Origin: Candidatus Thalassarchaeum sp.
GTDB taxonomy: Archaea; Thermoplasmatota; Poseidoniia; Poseidoniales; Thalassarchaeaceae
Direction of reading: 5' to 3'
DNA length: 64,000 bases
Assembly: GCA_022449345.1 (NCBI GenBank)
Contig: JAKURL010000001.1
Coordinates: 14,211-78,210, forward strand
The position numbers were made by a program, and so were the translations under genes. The stretch's first letter is position 1, and every line of letters starts with the position of its first letter. Below, piece after piece: positions 8,292 to 16,108 of this stretch. The notes under the pieces are model-generated. The model saw only the letters and a program-made list of their open reading frames with translations, was not told the DNA's origin and did not search any database.

Positions 8292-9344
8292 ATGCGTGTG
8301 GAACACGATGTGAAGCTTACTTTTGATGATGTATTGATTAGACCTAAGCGTAGTACGCTGGTTTCTCGTTCAGACGTTACACTGGTCCGAGAATTCAAAT
8401 TCCGCCATTCCGGTACAACTTGGACCGGAGTTCCAATTGTTGCCGCGAATATGGATAGCACTGGATTATTCTCAATCGCAGCCAAATTACAACAGCACCA
8501 AATGATAACATGCATGCAGAAATTCTACTCGACTCGAGATTATGCAAACGCTTGGGAAGATGGAATAGACCCAGAATTCGTTGCGGTTACCTGCGGCTCA
8601 ACAGACGATTCCTTTGATTTGTTAAAGCGTAAAATGGCTACCAATTCAGGAATCAAATTAATTTGTATCGACGTTGCAAATGGCTACCGAGAGGTGTTTT
8701 TGGATTTCGTAAAGAGAGTCCGCGAAGAATTTCCTAGTGTGATAATTATCGCTGGCAACGTTGCAACCCGCGAAATGACTGAGGCATTAATTCTAGCGGG
8801 TGCTGACATCGTCAAAGTTGGAATAGGGCCGGGTTCAGTTTGTACCACCCGTAAGGTGGCTGGTGTAGGATATCCACAACTTTCAGCAATTTCAGAATGC
8901 GCAGACGCAGCACACGGATTAGCAGGCCATGTAATGGCCGATGGTGGTTGCTCAAGTCCTGGTGATGTAGCCAAAGCCTTCGCAGCAGGAGCAGACTTCG
9001 TGATGTTAGGGGGGATGTTTGCTGGACACGACGAATCCGGTGGAGACCTTGTGTCCGAAAATAATGGCAAGCAGTACAAATCATTCTATGGTATGTCAAG
9101 TGCTAAGGCTATGGAAACACATTATGGAGAAGTTGCCAAACATCGCGCTCCAGAAGGAAAAGAGGTCAGAGTTCCTTATCGGGGTTCGGTTGAAGTTACC
9201 GTTCAGGCAATTCTTGGAGGAGTTCGTTCCGCTTGTTCATACGTAGGTGCAAGGCGGATTAAGGACCTCCCCAAATGTACAACCTTCATTCGAGTCACTC
9301 AGACAACAAATGAAGTCTATCAGCGGTTCAATGTAGAAGAGTAG
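8292..9344 (+). CDS. guaC: GMP reductase (type 1)
   Basis: KLTFDDVLIRPKRS, AANMD, DVANGY, GPGSVCTTR (catalytic Cys) and ADGG motifs; no CBS domain. Start ATG 8292 follows GGAGGA. Confidence 0.92.
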   Translation: MRVEHDVKLTFDDVLIRPKRSTLVSRSDVTLVREFKFRHSGTTWTGVPIVAANMDSTGLFSIAAKLQQHQMITCMQKFYSTRDYANAWEDGIDPEFVAVTCGSTDDSFDLLKRKMATNSGIKLICIDVANGYREVFLDFVKRVREEFPSVIIIAGNVATREMTEALILAGADIVKVGIGPGSVCTTRKVAGVGYPQLSAISECADAAHGLAGHVMADGGCSSPGDVAKAFAAGADFVMLGGMFAGHDESGGDLVSENNGKQYKSFYGMSSAKAMETHYGEVAKHRAPEGKEVRVPYRGSVEVTVQAILGGVRSACSYVGARRIKDLPKCTTFIRVTQTTNEVYQRFNVEE

Positions 9345-9405
9345 GACTTTGTTGCTGGGTGTCTATTGGGAAAAGACCTACAATCTGAATCCGCAGCAGA
9401 CATTC

Positions 9406-10134
9406 GTGGATATCCTAATAGTCGTAGCAATTGGAGCATTCTTTGCTGCTGCTTTAACCGTACCTGCAGGGTTTGGTCTGTCAACTATGCTGACACCATT
9501 CGTTCTGCTGCTAATGCCACCGCATGAGGCTGTTGCGGTGGTTGCGGTGGTACACGGTGCCCACAATGCGGCAAAGTGCTGGAGCATGTGGGATTCGATC
9601 GACCTTACCGCTTTTCGGCACTATGGAGTTTGGTTGGTTGTAGGGGCGATATTAGGTGCAATTTTGCAAAATCAGGTTCCTCAAGATCCTCTACTAGTGA
9701 CAATTGGGATTTTCTTGATTATCCTCCCAATTTTAACACTCTCCGAGAGTTGGACCGGATATCGAATACCTGAGACAAATGATCGAATTGGTGGATTTGG
9801 TTCCGGATTTATGGGAGGATTGTCAGGACACCAAGGTGCACTGCGTGCAATGTTCCTAACCCGAAGATTACCGGACAAGATGGCTTATGCAGCGACTGCT
9901 AGTATTCTAGCGCTATGCGTAGACCTTTCGCGAATTCCAGTTTATCTGATATTCAGACCAGACGAGATTCTCGCTCATTCAGACATCACCGTTGTCTTAG
10001 TTCTCTCGGCGATTATTGGAGTTAGAGTTGGGAAACGGTGGTTGAAATCATTGAAATCCTCATGGATTCACAATGGTGTGATGATTGGAATCGTTGCCAG
10101 TGGTGTATTCTACATCTGGGAAGGGATTAGCTGA
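9406..10134 (+). CDS. TSUP (TauE/SafE) family transporter
   Basis: AGFGLSTML and GSGFMGGLSGHQGALR motifs; about 8 TM helices. Probable GTG start at 9406. Confidence 0.8.
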   Translation: MDILIVVAIGAFFAAALTVPAGFGLSTMLTPFVLLLMPPHEAVAVVAVVHGAHNAAKCWSMWDSIDLTAFRHYGVWLVVGAILGAILQNQVPQDPLLVTIGIFLIILPILTLSESWTGYRIPETNDRIGGFGSGFMGGLSGHQGALRAMFLTRRLPDKMAYAATASILALCVDLSRIPVYLIFRPDEILAHSDITVVLVLSAIIGVRVGKRWLKSLKSSWIHNGVMIGIVASGVFYIWEGIS

Positions 10135-10140
10135 TTTGCA

Positions 10141-10614
10141 TCAGATGTCCAATACAACTTGTGCCATCCATCCAGGGCCTTCGAAAGATGGGACTCCGTC
10201 AATTCCGTCGACTATTTCTTCCGCATTTACTTCACGAACCAAGAGGTCGTGAAGGGTTACGGCTTTGACCTCGATTTCTAATTCCACATCTCTAGAATCG
10301 ACCCACAGAACTTGAGCTCTGAGGTAATTTTCATCAAGAGAAATCTCTGACTCCACAAGCCACTTTTCCTCCACATAGGAGTTGTAGAGTACTTCTTCTA
10401 GCCACCTCACTAGAGTTCTTTCGATATCACCAGAACCAGCTGAGATAGCCCACTCTGAAACGTGGCGTATGTGACCGTCTAGATACTCCAATCCACGGTC
10501 TGACAATTGTATGCCCTGAAGGGCAAGTGCTGACTCTCTGAGAATACCCACAGCACTATCTGAAAAGGCTCGAAAACCAATGTCAGCTGTAGTAGGCATT
10601 ACCCACCAAGACAT
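10141..10614 (-). CDS. Archease (RtcB cofactor)
   Basis: TTADIG near the N-terminus, EVKAVTLH, and C-terminal VVLDI. Confidence 0.9.
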   Translation of the reverse strand: MSWWVMPTTADIGFRAFSDSAVGILRESALALQGIQLSDRGLEYLDGHIRHVSEWAISAGSGDIERTLVRWLEEVLYNSYVEEKWLVESEISLDENYLRAQVLWVDSRDVELEIEVKAVTLHDLLVREVNAEEIVDGIDGVPSFEGPGWMAQVVLDI

Positions 10615-10678
10615 GTTATCACCAAGTCCTCCGAGATGGCATCAAGAGATGAACCCTAAGGAGAAACCCACTGCCTGC

Positions 10679-13600
10679 TTAGTCGTTCGTACATAATTCG
10701 CCTTGGCTGGGGAAGCTCGTAGGATCTTTCGGATTGGTATTCCATTTATTTTCACACCTGTTATTGTACCCATCGCCGTCAGAATCTACGAAGGCATCCG
10801 CTGCATCAAATGGGTCGAAGTCAAAGTAGAATTCCCAGCCAGACCACATTCCATCGTTATCGTGATCTTGGTGATAAACCTCGGATCCATCAGCCCATCC
10901 ATCACCATCCGTATCCGCTAGGACTGGATCTGTCTTGTTTTGGAATTCTTCGTAGTTGGTATAATTCTCCAAATCATCATAGAAGCGTCCACCTTTATCC
11001 GTTGTTGGGTCAATGTGACACTCAGCATTTTGTGGATCGTCCCATCCTGGGCAATAGCGATTCAGAAGATGGGTGCGATTCAATCCATCACCGTCAAAGT
11101 CCTCAGAACCATCATCGATACCATCTAGGTCGGAATCTGGCATTCTAGGGTCCATAGGTCCTCTCGCACCAAGAGCATCAAGCGAATTGTTGTCGACCAA
11201 ACCTAGGCTGATAGCTCTCTCCGATGCTGAAACTTCCCACCCATCTGCCAGTAAATCTCCGTCTGTGTCTTCGTCCACAGGATTTGTATCCCATCTATCT
11301 GGGGCTTCTAAAGCATTGAGGAGAGTGTCATTATCGACATCAAAATTAGAATCCGGCATAGAGCCGAAAGATGGGTCTAGTGCCCATCTTCCGTCATTTG
11401 GAATGGTAAATCCAGTTAGGTTCATTTCGTAGATGAAATACTTGGGATCAAGTATTCCATCACTATTACGGTCTCCTGATGTCTGGAATCCCTTGAGATA
11501 ACTATCCCATACCCAACCTCCAGGACCTAGACCACATTCTATCATACTGGTGCAACCGATGGGTAACCAATTCTGAGTAGTTATCCAAAGGCTATGAGAA
11601 TTGGTATTGTGCTGGACTGAGAAAACTTGCATCTCCCAACCATCTGGTTGGCCGTCGTCATCGGTATCGTTATCCAACGGGTTTGTTGCAGATTGCCAAG
11701 GCCGAGGAATGTACAGTACCTCACCACCATCGGATAGCCCATCATCATCAGTATCGGCATTATTTGCATGCGTGATATACTGGTCCGCGCCGTCGATTAC
11801 TTCTTCGCCATCATCCAATCCATCATTGTCCGTATCAAACATTGAAGCGTTGGTGAAATACACTGTCCCGTTCCAAATAAATCCGTCAACCGCTTCTGTG
11901 AAGTCTTCTAATCCATCGCTATCAGTATCCCTGTCGGTGGCATTGGTGTAGGTCTCGTAGTACTCTGTTGCGTCGGACAAACCATCACGATCGGTGTCAT
12001 ACACCCCTGGATCTGAACGAACAATCACATCTCTAACACCCATGTCAACTACTCGAATCGTCCAGCCTATCACTTCGATTCCGTCGATTAATCCGTCATT
12101 ATCCGTATCTTGAACTAGAGGGTCTGTAGAACGTCCATCGACGATTCCGTCACCATCCCTATCTCTAGCGTTGTATTCATCGAGATTGGTAAATCTCTCG
12201 TGATCCTCAACAACAATGGCTAGGTCTTGTAGACGGCTGGTTACTTCTTGACCTACTTCGACGTTGATTGCGTAAACATAACCTTCAGTTGGGGTTTTCA
12301 CGGGGATGTTGACATACTGACTATCTTGTACAGTCCTCACCCAAAGGATGGTTCTGTTAACTTGTACAAATTCCCCAACCTCGACCACGATGTTGTGGAC
12401 TGTAGAAACACCGACTAGGTCGGAATATCGAACGGCTCCATCACCATCTGCATCGTAGCCATCGAAATCAGGGTCTTCTTCGGCGTTACTTCCATCGTTA
12501 GGGTGTATGCCACTATGGTATTCCCATCCATCTGGCATTCCATCTTGGTCGGTATCTGAGATTAGTGGGCTGGTGAAGTTGACTGCACCCCAAGTGTATG
12601 CGACCTCATACTCTTCGACGTTGTTCAGTCCGTCCTCATCTCCGTCGCCATAGGCGTCGGTGGAATTTGCTGGGTTGAGGAGGGTGTTGTAGCAATACTC
12701 GAAACCATCGGGCATACCGTCGCCATCAGTATCCCAGTCTCCAGGTCCATTGAGTCGTCCATCACCATCCATGTCTTGGTTGAACCAAGTCAAATCTCCA
12801 ACGCCACTCATTAGCTCTGTGTATGGAGCATCCAAACGAATTGTTCCGAATTGAGGAACACCACAGTGAACTTGCAATTCCTGAGAACCGTAACCAACCT
12901 CAATACGATCAGGGATTAAATCTCCATCACTATCTTCCTCCAACGGATTTGTATCATAAATTTCTTCAAGGTAGTTTGGCAGTGAATCTGGACCTTGCTT
13001 ATCGATATCAAGAACAGAATCACAAGAATGGTCACCATTTGGCCCTACTGGAAGGTCATTCCAAGTACTGCTTCCAATGATTAATTGCATTTCAGCCTCG
13101 ACTTGAGGGGTAAGGAGTGGGCACCCCCAGTTTGGGTTCAATGGGTCAAGCAGAGTAACTTCGCCTTGCGGAGTTTGAACGGTCTCGGTGTAGAGTGATT
13201 CCCAGCGATCGTTAAGTCCGTCACCATCGCTATCACTTACCGTCGGATTAGTCCCAATTGCAGCTTCCTGTTCATTGGTTAGGCCATCTCGGTCTGGGTC
13301 TCCAAAAGGACCATTGTCGGGATCTGGGAAGGTTTCGTTTTGCTCACCTGTATCTTCATCACCATCTGCATTTTCGTTGGTTATTTCGTCGGTGTCGGGT
13401 TCGCCACTGTCGAGGGGATCTAATCCATTTTCGACTTCCCAACCGTCTTCTAATCCGTCTCCATCTGTGTCATTATTGTCCCAATCTGTACCATAGAGTG
13501 TCTGTTCCATTCTATCTGGAAGACCGTCTCCATCGAAATCTTGACCTGAAACTTGAATCTCATTATCAGTAATAATGACGTCCGAGCCGGCGGAATCGAA

Positions 13601-13720
13601 TCCTCCAGATTCAGTCGTCGAAAGACCTGCATCGATGATAGTGTAGAATCCTGCTAGACAAAGGGTCGCGGCAATGGCCGCGACTGCATATTGATTGTGA
13701 TTCAAAGCCAAAATTCTCAC
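10679..13720 (-). CDS. Membrane-anchored/secreted Ca-binding TSP3-like repeat protein with an internal biotinyl/lipoyl-like domain
   Basis: Hydrophobic N-terminal segment and more than 20 D-x-D-x-D-G-L/M-x-D-x-x-E motifs. Internal barrel-sandwich-like segment at about 12200-12412. Confidence 0.85.
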   Translation of the reverse strand: MRILALNHNQYAVAAIAATLCLAGFYTIIDAGLSTTESGGFDSAGSDVIITDNEIQVSGQDFDGDGLPDRMEQTLYGTDWDNNDTDGDGLEDGWEVENGLDPLDSGEPDTDEITNENADGDEDTGEQNETFPDPDNGPFGDPDRDGLTNEQEAAIGTNPTVSDSDGDGLNDRWESLYTETVQTPQGEVTLLDPLNPNWGCPLLTPQVEAEMQLIIGSSTWNDLPVGPNGDHSCDSVLDIDKQGPDSLPNYLEEIYDTNPLEEDSDGDLIPDRIEVGYGSQELQVHCGVPQFGTIRLDAPYTELMSGVGDLTWFNQDMDGDGRLNGPGDWDTDGDGMPDGFEYCYNTLLNPANSTDAYGDGDEDGLNNVEEYEVAYTWGAVNFTSPLISDTDQDGMPDGWEYHSGIHPNDGSNAEEDPDFDGYDADGDGAVRYSDLVGVSTVHNIVVEVGEFVQVNRTILWVRTVQDSQYVNIPVKTPTEGYVYAINVEVGQEVTSRLQDLAIVVEDHERFTNLDEYNARDRDGDGIVDGRSTDPLVQDTDNDGLIDGIEVIGWTIRVVDMGVRDVIVRSDPGVYDTDRDGLSDATEYYETYTNATDRDTDSDGLEDFTEAVDGFIWNGTVYFTNASMFDTDNDGLDDGEEVIDGADQYITHANNADTDDDGLSDGGEVLYIPRPWQSATNPLDNDTDDDGQPDGWEMQVFSVQHNTNSHSLWITTQNWLPIGCTSMIECGLGPGGWVWDSYLKGFQTSGDRNSDGILDPKYFIYEMNLTGFTIPNDGRWALDPSFGSMPDSNFDVDNDTLLNALEAPDRWDTNPVDEDTDGDLLADGWEVSASERAISLGLVDNNSLDALGARGPMDPRMPDSDLDGIDDGSEDFDGDGLNRTHLLNRYCPGWDDPQNAECHIDPTTDKGGRFYDDLENYTNYEEFQNKTDPVLADTDGDGWADGSEVYHQDHDNDGMWSGWEFYFDFDPFDAADAFVDSDGDGYNNRCENKWNTNPKDPTSFPSQGELCTND

Positions 13721-13721
13721 C

Positions 13722-13739
13722 CGACCCCTTACGGGGTCG
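13722..13739 (-). promoter_or_regulatory. 7-bp hairpin with GNRA loop abutting the GTG start of the TSP3 gene
   Basis: The minus strand reads CGACCCC-GTAA-GGGGTCG-G-GTG. Confidence 0.45.
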
Positions 13740-13793
13740 TCCCGTTGACCTACGGCATGAATATAATGTTTCAGAGAGAACGCATCTCATACA

Positions 13794-14900
13794 TCAATTT
13801 GCAATATCAACAGATGATGATAAAAATATGTGCACAGCGCCGCTGTTGAAACTACACTTGAGTTTTCCACGCCTTCCATGGGCACGCTCCCAGCAAGCCA
13901 ACAATATACCTCCTGAAAGGGCTGGATGGAATACTCCGGATAGGACAATTTCCACACCCCCATGCGAATCCGTAGCCTCAGCTGATTGCACACCTCCTAG
14001 GCCATTCATTGCCAAGTGTCGACGGGCAATGCCTACCCAATCTTCAGGCGTTGAAACGAGGATATGAAGGCCCGAATCAAATTGTGATTTTCTCATCGAA
14101 TCGGCCGCTGCTGTCCACCATAGTGAACGTTGATTATCTTCAAGAGGCCAAACGAGATCCTGCCTTCCGGATTCAATTTTGGAAATGTAAGGAAGGCAAA
14201 ACTCTTCAAATCTAAGCATTAAATCTCTGTGAAGTATCATCTTTCTCTCATTCATTATTGACCAGATTCCTTTGGATTCGACCCTAAGGTCCTCCCAAGT
14301 TTCTTCAGACAAATCAGAATCGCCATAACTGACTTCTGAAATTGGCCAAATTGGTTTTTGTTTCGACGGAATGGGTAATTCCTTGTCGTCCAGATTCAAG
14401 GTTACGATTAGTCCATCTTGGGTATTCTGAGACCAAACAAACCTATGCCTGCTAGAAGTGGCTTTCTCCCATGCTGCGGTCAGCAAACCAGAACATATCG
14501 GCGCTGAAGCAGGATGTTCGACAAGCAACCTTACCTCGTCCCGATCTTCCAACTTACGATACCGTCCGAGACCTCGGGTTTGCCAATCAATAGTATTTTC
14601 AAACCAAGAATCTGGGGATCGGCCAGAAGGTGATTTTACATCCAAATTATTCAGGAAGTATTCCTGATGTTCTAAAGCAGCATGGGCTAATCTGCGACCT
14701 AAACTCTGACCCAACCTTTGCTCTAAACCTAAGAACCAAGTTTCAAAGCCAATTGTAGAAAATTTAGCAGCACTAGAATCAATCGATGCACATTTTTTGT
14801 CATTGATTAAACCATTAGAATGGTTCTCCCAACGATGTTTTATTCTATCAACCGGATCCGAGGGGAGTCTATCTCGCTTTAGGAAATCAAACAATCCCAT
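13794..14900 (-). CDS. Hypothetical protein with two tandem V4R-like domains
   Basis: Start moved to ATG 14900 (MGLFDFLKR), 5 bp after the upstream stop. Internal duplication: RGLG..HP..CSGLLTAAWE versus NGLG..HPALSGGILLACWE. Confidence 0.65.
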   Translation of the reverse strand: MGLFDFLKRDRLPSDPVDRIKHRWENHSNGLINDKKCASIDSSAAKFSTIGFETWFLGLEQRLGQSLGRRLAHAALEHQEYFLNNLDVKSPSGRSPDSWFENTIDWQTRGLGRYRKLEDRDEVRLLVEHPASAPICSGLLTAAWEKATSSRHRFVWSQNTQDGLIVTLNLDDKELPIPSKQKPIWPISEVSYGDSDLSEETWEDLRVESKGIWSIMNERKMILHRDLMLRFEEFCLPYISKIESGRQDLVWPLEDNQRSLWWTAAADSMRKSQFDSGLHILVSTPEDWVGIARRHLAMNGLGGVQSAEATDSHGGVEIVLSGVFHPALSGGILLACWERAHGRRGKLKCSFNSGAVHIFLSSSVDIAN

Positions 14901-14904
14901 ACGA

Positions 14905-16104
14905 TCATCCGTTGATGAATTTGTCAATTCTGTCGAAGGCTTCTGATAGCACTTCGACAGGAGGTAAACAGACCATTCTAAAGTGGCCAGCACCGAATTC
15001 CGGAGAGAATCCAGAACCATGCACGACTAACACATGGTGCTGGTGTAGCAAATCTAGCACCCATTGTTTGTCAGATGCCAGAGACTCATCTTTGATTCTG
15101 ACAAAGAGGTAGAATGCACCACTCGGCGCTTCACATTCCAAGCCATTGATTTCCCCTATACGAGTCATACAGTATTCCAATCTCTCTTTGATACGGGAAC
15201 GATGGCCATCTAACCAACCGTGATTATCAATTAATCCGGCCAAGTAGCCATTTTGTGCCGGAGTAGAGGCGCAAAGACGGCTGCGTAAAAGTCTCTCAAC
15301 TCCATCCCTTACCAAATTGAGTCGTCCATCTGGATCGTGCCAAGCCATATATCCAATACGCCAACCAGGAGCGAAGTAAACCTTGGAAACCCCATTGAGA
15401 ACAATTACTGGAACACTGTTTGATCGGGATGCAACTGAACATTGTTGGCCGGTAAAATCAAGTCCATCGTAAATCTCGTCTGCAATTATAGTACACCTTG
15501 GATATTCACTAGCAATATCTAGCAGTGCATCGATTTCAGCGGGTGTTGCCACGTTGCCTGTAGGGTTATTTGGATTGATTAGTACAAGAAGCCTCACACT
15601 ATCATCCATCTTTGTTCTGATGTCATCGAAGTCGATGCGCCAACTATCTGTGGGGTCTAGCCGATATTCGACTGTAGTGGCACCATACATCTGTGGATAA
15701 GCCATGTATGGAGGATAATGAGGTCCTGGAGCGAGTACTTTGGCCCCCTCATCAAGGAATGCTGCGAAGATAATCTGTAGAGCCTCAGTCACTCCGTGAG
15801 TAACATAGACATCATCATCCGAGCAAGGCCAGCCCTTACCAGTTTCAGCCGATGCAATCGCCTGCCTTAGAGCTGGTAATCCGTATGAAGGACCGTAGCC
15901 ATTATTCTGAGAATCCAAGGCCTGCTTGTAGGCTGCAACCATATGATCAGGAGTGGGGAATCCTTCGTAGGCCAGTGGGTCACCAATGTTGAGTCGAATG
16001 ATTTCGTGCCCTTGCTTCTCCAATTCGATTGCTGGAATTACAACATCTCTGATCGCATACTCGATAGCGGCAGCGCGCTCAGAAACATCGACTTGTTCGA
16101 CCAT
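14905..16104 (-). CDS. PLP-dependent aminotransferase class I/II (AlaA/AspC-like)
   Basis: RLNIGDP, INPNNPTG, ADEIYD and SKVY..PGWRIGY (PLP Lys) motifs. Confidence 0.92.
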   Translation of the reverse strand: MVEQVDVSERAAAIEYAIRDVVIPAIELEKQGHEIIRLNIGDPLAYEGFPTPDHMVAAYKQALDSQNNGYGPSYGLPALRQAIASAETGKGWPCSDDDVYVTHGVTEALQIIFAAFLDEGAKVLAPGPHYPPYMAYPQMYGATTVEYRLDPTDSWRIDFDDIRTKMDDSVRLLVLINPNNPTGNVATPAEIDALLDIASEYPRCTIIADEIYDGLDFTGQQCSVASRSNSVPVIVLNGVSKVYFAPGWRIGYMAWHDPDGRLNLVRDGVERLLRSRLCASTPAQNGYLAGLIDNHGWLDGHRSRIKERLEYCMTRIGEINGLECEAPSGAFYLFVRIKDESLASDKQWVLDLLHQHHVLVVHGSGFSPEFGAGHFRMVCLPPVEVLSEAFDRIDKFING

Positions 16105-16108
16105 TTAC

